A stretch of 63,929 nucleotides of DNA, the filler included, from Lama guanicoe (Eukaryota): the NCBI GenBank assembly GCA_013239625.1. It is 202 parts of 202 records of this genome, joined end to end, with 100 filler letters (N's around TTAATTAATTAA, not from the genome) between each part and the next. Parts side by side here need not be neighbours in the genome. Positions count along the whole stretch, not along the records: positions 10,461 to 10,677 come from PNXV01038915.1; positions 10,778 to 10,994 come from PNXV01038916.1; positions 11,095 to 11,311 come from PNXV01038917.1; positions 11,412 to 11,628 come from PNXV01038918.1; positions 11,729 to 11,945 come from PNXV01038919.1; positions 12,046 to 12,262 come from PNXV01038920.1; positions 12,363 to 12,579 come from PNXV01038921.1; positions 12,680 to 12,896 come from PNXV01038922.1; 194 more parts are not named here. The stretch is one strand, 5' to 3'. A program made the translations under genes and the position numbers. Within the stretch, counting starts at the first letter, position 1. Every line of letters begins with the position of its first letter. Positions 10,528 through 23,263 of the stretch are shown piece after piece. The notes below the pieces were generated by a model. That model saw nothing but the letters and a program-made list of their open reading frames with translations, ran no database searches and was not told the DNA's origin.

Positions 10528-11411
10528 CTGGAGGGGGATACACAGAGGCTGAGCGGGCGGGAGTGAGGCTCCCGGAGAAGCAGGGGGAGGGACAGGACCG
10601 GGAAGGGCGTTCACGTGAGGGCCAGGCCGGCCATCCCCAGGGGAGTGAGGGAAGTCGGAATAACCTCAATTTCAGGANNNNNNNNNNNNNNNNNNNNNNN
10701 NNNNNNNNNNNNNNNNNNNNNTTAATTAATTAANNNNNNNNNNNNNNNNNNNNNNNNNNNNNNNNNNNNNNNNNNNNTGGTCAGAGAGGAGGAGGGAGGA
10801 GGCAGCTCCCCCAGCACAGGGTCCCCGCAGCCCAGAGGCCGGACTACATTCCAGAAGCCTCTCCCACACCTTGACAGCTTGGGTCTATTCGTCCTCTGCC
10901 CAGGGCTCCGCCCTTCCCTGATGTGGCCTTCTTTTGCCTTGATGAAGGGCTCACTCGGGGTGGAGCGGGGAAACTGTGAGCCCAGTGCGGTCAANNNNNN
11001 NNNNNNNNNNNNNNNNNNNNNNNNNNNNNNNNNNNNNNTTAATTAATTAANNNNNNNNNNNNNNNNNNNNNNNNNNNNNNNNNNNNNNNNNNNNTCTAAA
11101 TCCAAGGGCAAACTTCTTGTACATGGGTACTGCTATTAAAACCAGGAGTAGATTGGATCTTGCTGGTTTGGGGGGATTTCTTTATGGAAAATGCTATCTT
11201 TTTAATTTTTAAATTGAGAAGTGTTTTTTTCTATATGGTAGAAGGGAATTCTATTTACACGTACATTATCTCAAACACATCCCACATCCTGGCTTATACA
11301 AGCACTGCCTCNNNNNNNNNNNNNNNNNNNNNNNNNNNNNNNNNNNNNNNNNNNNTTAATTAATTAANNNNNNNNNNNNNNNNNNNNNNNNNNNNNNNNN
11401 NNNNNNNNNNN

Positions 11412-11596
11412 GGGCCGCTGGATGCGCTTCCCTCGCCGCGGTCCTCTCGGCCGCTGCCGCCGCCGCCCCGGCTCCCTCCCGGGGCCAGCCACCGGCCCTC
11501 CCGCCGTCTCCGGCTTCCGCCGCGCGGTGCTCTCCCGCCCCCGCGCCGGTCCCTTCCTCCACCTCCTCCTCGGTCCAGCTCCGAGCGATCCGCTCC

Positions 11597-11628
<32 letters not shown>
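11412..11628 (+). promoter_or_regulatory. CpG-island 5'UTR ending in (GCC)9-ACC, a Kozak-like context
   Basis: (GCC)9 at 11599-11625 followed by ACC at the contig end. Confidence 0.6.
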
Positions 11629-11804
11629 NNNNNNNNNNNNNNNNNNNNNNNNNNNNNNNNNNNNNNNNNNNNTTAATTAATTAANNNNNNNNNNNNNNNN
11701 NNNNNNNNNNNNNNNNNNNNNNNNNNNNGTCCAGGGGCTCATTATTACAATGGCAGGAACGCTGCTGTGGGCTGAATCGCATCCAGCTAAACTCGCATGT
11801 TGAC

Positions 11805-11945
11805 GCCCCAGCTGTGTGATGGTATTGGAGATGGGCTTTGGGAGGTGATGAGGGTTACACGAGGTCACGAGGGTGGAGCTTCCACAGTGGGATTCTTGGT
11901 TTTATGAAAAGCCCTCTCTCTTTCTCCTCTTGCCGTGTGACAGCA
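11805..11945 (+). mobile_element. MaLR LTR (MLT1A-like) fragment
   Basis: tgtgatggtattggagatggg.ctttgggaggtgat.agg.tta.a.gaggtca.gagggtgg. Confidence 0.75.
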
Positions 11946-13630
11946 NNNNNNNNNNNNNNNNNNNNNNNNNNNNNNNNNNNNNNNNNNNNTTAATTAATTA
12001 ANNNNNNNNNNNNNNNNNNNNNNNNNNNNNNNNNNNNNNNNNNNNGAGTCTAGAGTTCTTATTCAGGGAAGTTTCCCCATGATTTGCCCTCTGTACTTTA
12101 AGTCCCACTCCCTCACTACCTACTCCCCACCCTACTTCCCCACCTCCTGCGATCTAACCCCATGTTCTAAGCTCAATTAATATAGAATATGAATGCTACA
12201 AGTCATTAATGCATGAGATTTGTGATCTAGGGAAACTGACAAGTTAGAAATTTGCAATATGCNNNNNNNNNNNNNNNNNNNNNNNNNNNNNNNNNNNNNN
12301 NNNNNNTTAATTAATTAANNNNNNNNNNNNNNNNNNNNNNNNNNNNNNNNNNNNNNNNNNNNTTTTTTTCCTAAGGCAAGTGACCCTTTAGGCTTCTTAA
12401 GGTTTCTAGGAAAGTCCCGAATGGGTTTCTCCTTCGCCTGTAGGGCACAGGCCAGTATCCACAGCTTCTGGACCATTTACCCATGTGGGAAAGGCAGAAA
12501 AACCTCTTGGTCTCAGGATTCTGCACCAATACAAACCAGAGGTCTGCTGACATTGAAGGTGAAGCTAGAAACTTTTTTTNNNNNNNNNNNNNNNNNNNNN
12601 NNNNNNNNNNNNNNNNNNNNNNNTTAATTAATTAANNNNNNNNNNNNNNNNNNNNNNNNNNNNNNNNNNNNNNNNNNNNTTATTGAAAACTGGACATTTT
12701 AGATTGTGTTGTGTCATCTGGATTCTGACCTTTTTTTTAAATTTGTAAATGTTGCTACAATTCTGGGACTGTTTTATAACATGCCTGGAATTAGTCTTTG
12801 AAATCTCCCTACCAGTGTCACATAGCTACTGATGTCATCGCTTCTCTATTTTCATTTTTGTTTTCTAGCCTGACCTCTAGGATTTGCTCCATATCTNNNN
12901 NNNNNNNNNNNNNNNNNNNNNNNNNNNNNNNNNNNNNNNNTTAATTAATTAANNNNNNNNNNNNNNNNNNNNNNNNNNNNNNNNNNNNNNNNNNNNCACA
13001 CACTTATCTCTCAGAACTGAACATGTGGAGAGACGTTCATTCATCTACCACAAAGGAAGAGGTTTGCAGGTGAAACACTTACTCTTGTTTCTCAGTTTGT
13101 TTCATAGTGCCGGTTTGAAGTTCTTGCCGTTTTCACAGTAAAATCAAGTTGGCAATCTCCTGAAAGGAGAGAAGTTTTACCTCATGGTCATGTTTCAATT
13201 AGCTGTTACTGAGNNNNNNNNNNNNNNNNNNNNNNNNNNNNNNNNNNNNNNNNNNNNTTAATTAATTAANNNNNNNNNNNNNNNNNNNNNNNNNNNNNNN
13301 NNNNNNNNNNNNNTCCGGATGGGACTTGTGGGCTTGAGAATATCCTGAGAGCTCTTTCCCTGAAAAGCCCCCAACAGGCAGTCCCTCGGTGAGCGAGCCA
13401 GCGTGCCATCTAGACCTAGTCTAACCGCAAACTTCACGCAGCCCTCTCCGCGGGGCTGGGAATTGCACGGCCGCAGCAGGTTTTTTTGCCTGCACAGCTG
13501 CCCTGATTTCCCCTGTGCATCCCCCAGCCCNNNNNNNNNNNNNNNNNNNNNNNNNNNNNNNNNNNNNNNNNNNNTTAATTAATTAANNNNNNNNNNNNNN
13601 NNNNNNNNNNNNNNNNNNNNNNNNNNNNNN

Positions 13631-13846
13631 AATATAGAATTTAGAATATAGAATGTAAAACACAGAATACAGAATCTACAATACGGAATGCAGAATATTG
13701 AATGCAGAATATAGAATGTAGAATATAGAATGAAGAACCAAAATTTAAGATTATAAAAAAGAGAATATAGAACTTAAAATTTTGTAATGGAATGCCTAAC
13801 ACAGAATTTAGAATATAGAATATGGAATACTGAATATAGAATTTAG
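13631..13846 (+). repeat. Degenerate (AGAATAT)n heptamer satellite
   Basis: 7-bp periodicity throughout. Confidence 0.9.
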
Positions 13847-14394
13847 NNNNNNNNNNNNNNNNNNNNNNNNNNNNNNNNNNNNNNNNNNNNTTAATTAATT
13901 AANNNNNNNNNNNNNNNNNNNNNNNNNNNNNNNNNNNNNNNNNNNNTGTCCATCTGTCCTATTATCCATCCAGGGGCTTTTACTGACCACCCATGACCAA
14001 CAGCACACCAGGCTTGGCTCTAGGAACTGAGCAGTGAATGAGACAGACGAGTCCCTGCCCTCACAGACCTTATGCTCCTCACAAATAAACTAATAACATA
14101 ATTGCCGATGAGAAAGCTGGCAAAGAAGGAAAAGAAGGCTTTGTCAGGGAATGAGAGGGGCCCNNNNNNNNNNNNNNNNNNNNNNNNNNNNNNNNNNNNN
14201 NNNNNNNTTAATTAATTAANNNNNNNNNNNNNNNNNNNNNNNNNNNNNNNNNNNNNNNNNNNNAGAGCCACTAGGTCACGTCCTACTCAGCCTGGTGATG
14301 GAAATAAAATAATACGGCGCTAACCAAGTATGTGTGGGTCATCATTAAGTTTTCTTGGCACTACTTTCTTTTTGACATCCCATATCTTAGGTTT

Positions 14395-14480
14395 TGCTAT
14401 AGAATGAATGTCTATGTCACCCCAAAATTCATATGTTGAAACCTAATCCCCAGTGTGCGGTATTTGGAGGAGAGGCCTGT
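14395..14480 (+). mobile_element. MaLR LTR (MLT1A-like) 5' end
   Basis: tgctat.gaatgaatgt.tatgtc.ccccaaaattcatatgttgaaacctaatcccca.tgtg. Confidence 0.85.
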
Positions 14481-14580
14481 NNNNNNNNNNNNNNNNNNNN
14501 NNNNNNNNNNNNNNNNNNNNNNNNTTAATTAATTAANNNNNNNNNNNNNNNNNNNNNNNNNNNNNNNNNNNNNNNNNNNN

Positions 14581-14797
14581 TTTTGGTTTTCTAGCTTTAT
14601 TCCCAATCAGCAGATATTTTGTATGATTTCGTTCTTTTAAAATTTATTATGACTTGTTTTGTGGTCTAACATATAGTCTTTCCTGGAGGATGATCATATG
14701 CATCTGAGAAAAATGTGTACTCTGCCATTGTTTGGTGAATTCTGTGTATATCTGTTTAGCCTAATAGGTTTGTAGTTTGTTCAAATGATCTATATCC
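14581..14797 (-). mobile_element. LINE-1 ORF2 endonuclease-region fragment
   Basis: gacttgttttgtgg.ctaacatat.gtct.tcctggag.atg and gagaa.aatgtgta.tctgc antisense L1 motifs. Confidence 0.8.
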
Positions 14798-14897
14798 NNN
14801 NNNNNNNNNNNNNNNNNNNNNNNNNNNNNNNNNNNNNNNNNTTAATTAATTAANNNNNNNNNNNNNNNNNNNNNNNNNNNNNNNNNNNNNNNNNNNN

Positions 14898-14941
14898 CAT
14901 TGTAAAATGACTATAACTCAAGCAAAAAACGTTAAAAGAAA
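14898..14941 (+). mobile_element. Camelid-type L1 extreme 3' end
   Basis: cattgtaaaatgactataactcaa followed by an A-rich tail. Confidence 0.7.
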
Positions 14942-16204
14942 TGTTGAGACACTGCCTCCTTGCCTACATGATTTCTGATAAGAATTCTGCAGTCAACTGA
15001 ATCCTTGTTCTCTTGTAAGTAATGCATCTCTTTTCTCTCTCTGCTTTCAAGATTTTTTTTTGTCTTCAGTTTCCAGCAGTTTCATTCTAATATGGCCAGG
15101 TATGGATTTCTCTGNNNNNNNNNNNNNNNNNNNNNNNNNNNNNNNNNNNNNNNNNNNNTTAATTAATTAANNNNNNNNNNNNNNNNNNNNNNNNNNNNNN
15201 NNNNNNNNNNNNNNATGAGGGCAGGGAGAGGATAAACGCTGTAAGGTAGAGTCCCTGCTACTTAGACACTTAAAATCTGGTTGGCATTCTTAAAAGTGGT
15301 GCTGAGGGGTGTGGTCACTGCTGGCTCAGATATTTAGGAGAAAACCAACATGGCAGGTGGGGCGGAGGCTGGGCCTTATTAGATAGACAGGAAGGCTTCT
15401 CTGGCTCTGACCAACAGTGGCTCAAACCAAANNNNNNNNNNNNNNNNNNNNNNNNNNNNNNNNNNNNNNNNNNNNTTAATTAATTAANNNNNNNNNNNNN
15501 NNNNNNNNNNNNNNNNNNNNNNNNNNNNNNNCCCCCCGCCCTCCCAACACACATGAACAGAGATCATTTTCATGCCCACAATTTCAAACATTCAACCAAG
15601 GAGACCAGAGGTGAAGTTTCAGGACCAGCGATAAATTATAGTCATGTCTCCCTTGATAAGATTAGTGCATTCACTTCCTGCTGTTGTTGTAACAAATCAC
15701 CGCCAACTTAATGGTTTAAAACAAAGCAAATTTATTATCTCGTAGCTCNNNNNNNNNNNNNNNNNNNNNNNNNNNNNNNNNNNNNNNNNNNNTTAATTAA
15801 TTAANNNNNNNNNNNNNNNNNNNNNNNNNNNNNNNNNNNNNNNNNNNNCAATTTGGACACATTCCTGCCGGGAGAAACTTGGGAAATTTCTCTTTTGTTG
15901 GGGGCATGGGGTAGGGGATAGGGTTGTTCTGAAACTATTTTAGTTTGCTTTTGCTGTGACTCCCTCTCTTCTGAGTAAATCCCTCACCCACGGGTTCAGT
16001 GTGACTTTCCTGAAGTAGCCAGCGTGCCTCTGGGGCTGCTTGTGTGAGGGATTTTGGCGCCCATGNNNNNNNNNNNNNNNNNNNNNNNNNNNNNNNNNNN
16101 NNNNNNNNNTTAATTAATTAANNNNNNNNNNNNNNNNNNNNNNNNNNNNNNNNNNNNNNNNNNNNAGAAAGAGAGAAAGAAAGAGAGGGAGACAAGAGAA
16201 AAGT

Positions 16205-16381
16205 ACAAAACAGAAGCAGACTCATAGACATAGAATACAAAGTTGAGGTTGCCACAGGACGGGGAGGTGGGAAGGGACAGCATGGGAGTTTGAAATTTGT
16301 CGATACTGACAGGTATATACAGAATAGATAAGTAAGATTATACTGTACAGCACAGGGAAATATATACAAGATCTTGTGGTA
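16205..16381 (+). mobile_element. Camelid-type L1 3'UTR
   Basis: acaaaacagaa.cagactcatagacatagaatacaaa...atactgta.agcacagggaaatatatacaagatcttgtggta. Confidence 0.8.
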
Positions 16382-18734
16382 NNNNNNNNNNNNNNNNNNN
16401 NNNNNNNNNNNNNNNNNNNNNNNNNTTAATTAATTAANNNNNNNNNNNNNNNNNNNNNNNNNNNNNNNNNNNNNNNNNNNNGATGAAGAGTTCAAGTTGA
16501 CTTTTTAGTCCTAATACCTTTGATGTTGGTACTCCCAGCAGACCTGTGAGAGGCTCCTTTTTCAGCCCTCCTAGCATAAACCACCTTCAGTCAAGGTAAC
16601 TCCCAGAACCCCACTACGAGGGGCATGGGGAGGTGACCACAAGCAAGTGAAGAACAAAAGAGACACTGATCTTCCTAGGAATGTGTGTTGACAACTCANN
16701 NNNNNNNNNNNNNNNNNNNNNNNNNNNNNNNNNNNNNNNNNNTTAATTAATTAANNNNNNNNNNNNNNNNNNNNNNNNNNNNNNNNNNNNNNNNNNNNCA
16801 TGTTCAGATGTTCTGAACACGGAGCTACATGCAGGTGAGACTGTGTTACCCGGACCTCTCCCCACGACTGAAGAAAAATGGATAAAGAATGTGATAATTT
16901 TCTAACATAAAGAGGTACAGGAACAAAGCAAAATTCTGCTGATAGGACTAAAAAATTGTAGCCCCCACCATGGAAACCTGCCACTTTCTTACAAGGTTTA
17001 GGACCAACTCACCATNNNNNNNNNNNNNNNNNNNNNNNNNNNNNNNNNNNNNNNNNNNNTTAATTAATTAANNNNNNNNNNNNNNNNNNNNNNNNNNNNN
17101 NNNNNNNNNNNNNNNAAAAAAAAACAGCTTTAAAGCAGCCTTAGAGAAAAATACACACTGTGAAGAAAGAAGCAAATGCAAGAATTACAGATTTCCAGCT
17201 GGAAGTCTTACATATGACGTATGAAAAGAGAGTAGTAGCAATAAAGTCCTAGGGGGAAAGATTCTCTAATTTTCAGTGAATGTCAGCATTCCTTGATAAA
17301 GCCCTCTTTAATCAATTCTCTTCCTCAGACAGNNNNNNNNNNNNNNNNNNNNNNNNNNNNNNNNNNNNNNNNNNNNTTAATTAATTAANNNNNNNNNNNN
17401 NNNNNNNNNNNNNNNNNNNNNNNNNNNNNNNNTGATGGGTACTTCTAATTTGCAAGGCTAATTTTATTGAAATGAGGGTATAATGAGCAAAAGATCATAT
17501 TCGGACACTAGAAATTCCTGCTCTTTCTCACCTTTCTTTGTTCTTCTCCAGGCCACTAGTCATCCCAAAAGAGATGCTTCTTATACTCATCTGTTTATCA
17601 CTCTTAAGTGGCCGCCCCAAATCCTAAGAGACTATCCAAATGCTGGAGTNNNNNNNNNNNNNNNNNNNNNNNNNNNNNNNNNNNNNNNNNNNNTTAATTA
17701 ATTAANNNNNNNNNNNNNNNNNNNNNNNNNNNNNNNNNNNNNNNNNNNNTAATCTGTAACAAAACCGTGTGCCAAGGATTAGGGTTATGAGGACATACCG
17801 TTCACAGTATGGGTTCAACTGGTCAGCCATACGGTGCTGTTGTTACAGGAGAGATGGAGGAGAAGTTATGTCAATTGAATGTCTACTCTTTGCTGAATAT
17901 TTTACATATGTCATCTGATCCACTCCTCACAAGAGTTTACATAGTAGGTATCGCTTGCCCCAGGCCNNNNNNNNNNNNNNNNNNNNNNNNNNNNNNNNNN
18001 NNNNNNNNNNTTAATTAATTAANNNNNNNNNNNNNNNNNNNNNNNNNNNNNNNNNNNNNNNNNNNNAACAAGAGTCGGCAGGGATCCTGGGAACCATTTT
18101 TGGAGGACTTACATCAGTTGGGGAGAACAATCAGCCCTTGATGGACTTCATTATCTACAGAAATGACGAAGACTGTTCAGAGAATGATAAATTCTAAAGG
18201 AATTGTGTCTGCATACTCACAATTATGAAGGCTCTTATTAGTATAAGCATGTATGTTTGATTATTTATATGTCCGTGCGTGTGNNNNNNNNNNNNNNNNN
18301 NNNNNNNNNNNNNNNNNNNNNNNNNNNTTAATTAATTAANNNNNNNNNNNNNNNNNNNNNNNNNNNNNNNNNNNNNNNNNNNNTTCCTATTTGGCATGCG
18401 CAGAGCGGTGTGTTAATGGGGCCCCGGGTCAACCTGGCAGATTTCCAAGTTTTCAGAGGCTGAACACAATCAAACATGGAGAGAGCTCAGAGTGCATCTT
18501 AAAGAGAACCGGGTGTTTGAAAGAATCCCATGGCCACTCACCTTGGTCCTGCTTTTACCTTCAGTTCAGGAATTCTGACCAGAGGTGCTCTCCCCAGGGT
18601 NNNNNNNNNNNNNNNNNNNNNNNNNNNNNNNNNNNNNNNNNNNNTTAATTAATTAANNNNNNNNNNNNNNNNNNNNNNNNNNNNNNNNNNNNNNNNNNNN
18701 ACTGGCCCCGCCAATGGCGCGGCCGTACATTTAC

Positions 18735-18818
18735 CATCTGTGGGACTCCGCCCCAGAAAGGATGTCGGCCACCGACTGACGACGCCAGAACTAGTCGCCC
18801 GGCTGAGCAAGCCGCCAT
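18735..18818 (-). CDS. Candidate first coding exon of an unidentified housekeeping gene (MAACSAGRLVLASSVGGRHPFWGGVPQM)
   Basis: CpG island, upstream ETS site CCGGAAGT (18859-18866), ATGGCGG start and a gtaaat donor; an upstream ATG in another frame is also possible. Confidence 0.45.
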
Positions 18819-19401
18819 CCCCAGCAGCAAGCAGCACCATGGTCCCGGGAAGCTGCAAACTTCCGGACCCCGCTGCCCGCCCCAGAAGCGCTCGCCGGCC
18901 CGCGCGGAGCGTGGCGCNNNNNNNNNNNNNNNNNNNNNNNNNNNNNNNNNNNNNNNNNNNNTTAATTAATTAANNNNNNNNNNNNNNNNNNNNNNNNNNN
19001 NNNNNNNNNNNNNNNNNTCACATCAGCCTTCAGACAGAGCTGCTTTTACCCTTGGGTGATGGGTGGAGGCCACTGAGGCTGGCAGGGGACTTGCCCAGGG
19101 TCACATAGCAAGGTCGTGTGGGGGCCAACAAGCAACCCACATCCGAGGCCACTGCACCCCTGGCCCCGTCAGCCGGGCCGTTCCCTTGGGGAAGAGAGAA
19201 CCATCCTCTGCTGAGAAATGAGTCTGCCCCACCTNNNNNNNNNNNNNNNNNNNNNNNNNNNNNNNNNNNNNNNNNNNNTTAATTAATTAANNNNNNNNNN
19301 NNNNNNNNNNNNNNNNNNNNNNNNNNNNNNNNNNGGGGGGGGACTGAGATTGTAGATGCAGGGAACAAACAAGATGCATTTATTTTTAAACTACCAACTG
19401 T

Positions 19402-19551
19402 AGATACTATACCCAGCAAAAAGTTCCTTCAGAAATGGAGGAGAGATAAAGACTTTCCCAGACAAATAAAAGCTGGGGGATTTCATCACCAATAGATCTG
19501 CCTTATGAGAAATGCTAAAGGAAGTTCTTCAAATTGAAATAAAAGGACATG
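19402..19551 (+). mobile_element. LINE-1 ORF1 C-terminal fragment
   Basis: ILYPAK.SFRNGGEIKTFPDK*KLGDF matches L1 ORF1p with a stop. Confidence 0.88.
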
Positions 19552-21870
19552 NNNNNNNNNNNNNNNNNNNNNNNNNNNNNNNNNNNNNNNNNNNNTTAAT
19601 TAATTAANNNNNNNNNNNNNNNNNNNNNNNNNNNNNNNNNNNNNNNNNNNNTAATTTATTGCCTCCAAAAGTCTCAGGCTTAGATGGTTTTATAGGTAAG
19701 ATACACAATTTCATTGATCAAATAATTACTGTATTTCCAGTTGCTTCAGAAACAGGTGAATAAAGAAAGCTGTCCCACTCATTTTATAATTTATTGTAAA
19801 ATCTTTATACCAAAACGAGATATGAGTTGTATGAGAACAAAAATTGAAGGTATCACTTTGAATCATTANNNNNNNNNNNNNNNNNNNNNNNNNNNNNNNN
19901 NNNNNNNNNNNNTTAATTAATTAANNNNNNNNNNNNNNNNNNNNNNNNNNNNNNNNNNNNNNNNNNNNTAGGAAAGATTTTCATCTGATTCTTTATTTGA
20001 GAATCATATTTATCTGGCTGAGAATTAATCTCTTCAATGTAGAAAAAAATTTTTTTTTCCATGTGTGGCCAGAAATATGTAAGTGGCATAGAGTCAAAAG
20101 AGAATGGCAGGACAGAATACCATGTACTCAGAAACCGGGAAGCTATTTGGATGAAGAACACATTTTTAAAGCAAGGGCTTTCATTNNNNNNNNNNNNNNN
20201 NNNNNNNNNNNNNNNNNNNNNNNNNNNNNTTAATTAATTAANNNNNNNNNNNNNNNNNNNNNNNNNNNNNNNNNNNNNNNNNNNNTCCAGAGCCTAGCAT
20301 AGAGCAACTGCTCAACAGTGTTAGCTCTTTTCATAATTATTTTGTGTTACCTGACCTCTCTGATCCTCAGGTCTGTCATCTGTTAAATGAGGTTAATGTT
20401 ACATGGCTCACAGGGTGGTGTGCAGAGCTGAGCACCCGCCGGTGCCTGGCACACAGGACCCAGCAGGCCTGGTGGCCTGGGGGCCATGTGGATGCATGTG
20501 GANNNNNNNNNNNNNNNNNNNNNNNNNNNNNNNNNNNNNNNNNNNNTTAATTAATTAANNNNNNNNNNNNNNNNNNNNNNNNNNNNNNNNNNNNNNNNNN
20601 NNCTGAATCTTACGGACACAGGTAGCTTTTCATGAAACCAGTGCTGAAGGTTAGAAGGAGTTCATATATTTTAGAGGCAACAAAGTCTGCTCTGATAATC
20701 AAAAATAGTGTCTGTATGTGTATGTATGACCGCACTATTATGCTGTTCCCCAGAGACGAACACAGCTCTGTGTCAACTGACTCCACTTCAATTAAAAAGT
20801 TGCACAGGATATAATGTAANNNNNNNNNNNNNNNNNNNNNNNNNNNNNNNNNNNNNNNNNNNNTTAATTAATTAANNNNNNNNNNNNNNNNNNNNNNNNN
20901 NNNNNNNNNNNNNNNNNNNGAGAGCTCCTATCCAACACAGGCAGATTTCAGCCTGAGGTCTTCGAACATGTTTAAGCACTAAACCACAGCGCTTACAGAG
21001 ACATACGGAGCTTTTATTCTGAAACACGGTGTAATAGTGAGGAGGAAAGCTAGCAAGAAGTCTCATATGCTTTAAGCAGCTGTTAGGTCTGACCCCAAGG
21101 TGGCAGTGTTGGCATTGGCTCTGCCTAGAGACACGANNNNNNNNNNNNNNNNNNNNNNNNNNNNNNNNNNNNNNNNNNNNTTAATTAATTAANNNNNNNN
21201 NNNNNNNNNNNNNNNNNNNNNNNNNNNNNNNNNNNNCCCTGTGAACAATGACCCAGAATTTCATGGACTAAAACCTCTGTGACTTTTTCTATTTCAGAGA
21301 CTAGGAAATATGTCTTATTTTCACAACCTAGAGGGTTTTCTCACCACTCACACTGCCCTCCAAGATACACAGAAGATGCCAGGAAATACCTGAGAGGTGA
21401 AGGAAGTTACTAGACTAGGTGCACAGCTCCTTGCCCTGTTGATGTTAAACAGANNNNNNNNNNNNNNNNNNNNNNNNNNNNNNNNNNNNNNNNNNNNTTA
21501 ATTAATTAANNNNNNNNNNNNNNNNNNNNNNNNNNNNNNNNNNNNNNNNNNNNCCTAGGGCACAGGGAGCAATGGCTAGAGGGCTCCGTTCAGGAAGGCA
21601 ACTCCTAGAAGGGACAGTCTGGAGTGGACAATGCAGTAGATTCAGTGTTTCTTTCTCAGGGATGCCCCCAAATGCATGGGCAGGGCACCCTTCTGGGGAC
21701 TGGAGTCCTTCCTCCACGACGCAGTAGGGACAGGGACCCAGTGAGCTTTGCATGTCTACTCTTTTTTAAANNNNNNNNNNNNNNNNNNNNNNNNNNNNNN
21801 NNNNNNNNNNNNNNTTAATTAATTAANNNNNNNNNNNNNNNNNNNNNNNNNNNNNNNNNNNNNNNNNNNN

Positions 21871-22040
21871 GGAGCCCGCTGGGATTGTGATCGAGACCAC
21901 GTTGTATGTATGGATCGCTCTGGGGAGCACTGCCATTCCAAGAGATCTGTCTTCTGATCCAGGAATGTGCGTGGTGTGTCTCTCCAGGTATTTAGGACTT
22001 CTTTAATTTTTTTCATCAGTGCTTTGAGTTTACAGGGCAT
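21871..22040 (-). mobile_element. Old LINE-1 ORF2 fragment
   Basis: Minus-strand KALMKKIKEVLNTWRDTP resembles L1 ORF2 KTLLKEIKEDTNKWKNIP. Confidence 0.75.
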
Positions 22041-22349
22041 TATTTTACTTTATTTTCTTTGCCTTTATACTGAGGACAAGTGTGCAANNNNNNNNNNNNN
22101 NNNNNNNNNNNNNNNNNNNNNNNNNNNNNNNTTAATTAATTAANNNNNNNNNNNNNNNNNNNNNNNNNNNNNNNNNNNNNNNNNNNNATGGAGAACCTTC
22201 TCTATGCTGATAGTAAATGTACTAGCATGTTAGATATGGGAAATTAACATATTTGATTAAAAATTTTAATGTGGCAATACTATCTGGCATTCTTTTTGCT
22301 TTAGCATCTCTCAGTTTTCCAAAGTGCTAGAAAAAACTGTACACATCAC

Positions 22350-22404
22350 TGTTATGGGCTACATTGTATCCCTCAAATTCATATGTTGAAGCCCTAACTC
22401 ATAG
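22350..22404 (+). mobile_element. MaLR LTR (MLT1B-like) 5' end
   Basis: tgttatgggct...aaattcatatgttgaagccctaac. Confidence 0.75.
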
Positions 22405-23208
22405 NNNNNNNNNNNNNNNNNNNNNNNNNNNNNNNNNNNNNNNNNNNNTTAATTAATTAANNNNNNNNNNNNNNNNNNNNNNNNNNNNNNNNNNNNNNNN
22501 NNNNTTCTAGACCTTCCACATCCTATTCCCCTGCCCTCACTCTCTGCTGAAAACCTTGCTTTGTATATTTTTTAACTCATGCTATTAAATGGGAAGTCCC
22601 TCATTTTCCAACCCACCAAAAAACTACGTATCTGCCTGTATCCATGATGTTTCTTCCTTCAGTTACAATAGGGAAAAACACATATATCTGCTCCTTTTTT
22701 AAAAGCCTCAAAACTCCACTCNNNNNNNNNNNNNNNNNNNNNNNNNNNNNNNNNNNNNNNNNNNNTTAATTAATTAANNNNNNNNNNNNNNNNNNNNNNN
22801 NNNNNNNNNNNNNNNNNNNNNCAGTGTACTTTCCCCCCTTTGTCTACAGGAAGAGCGAGGCCTGGAGCATTACAATTAGAAAAGGCCTGGGAGGAAGAGG
22901 AGGTGGGTGTGATGTGAAGGTCTGTCACAACCTGGCAATGATCTCTTCGATATAACACCAAAAGCACAGACAAGAGCAAATACAGACAAATGGGATTGCA
23001 TCAAATTAAAAAGCTTCTGCACACACAGCAAAGGAAGCNNNNNNNNNNNNNNNNNNNNNNNNNNNNNNNNNNNNNNNNNNNNTTAATTAATTAANNNNNN
23101 NNNNNNNNNNNNNNNNNNNNNNNNNNNNNNNNNNNNNNGCGGCCGGGCCGGGCGGGCGGGCAGGCGGCGGCGCTGCTCCCGCGTCACAGCGCCAGGCGCG
23201 GCGGGGAG

Positions 23209-23263
23209 ATGCGGCTCCTGGCGCTGGCGGCGGCCGTGCTGTTGGCGCGGGCTCCGGCCCCCG
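23209..23263 (+). CDS. VSTM4: V-set and transmembrane domain-containing protein 4, first coding exon (signal peptide)
   Basis: MRLLALAAAVLLARAPAP+G then a gtaagc donor (phase 1) in a CpG island; recalled human N-terminus is MRLLALAAAALLARAPAPE. Confidence 0.85.
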
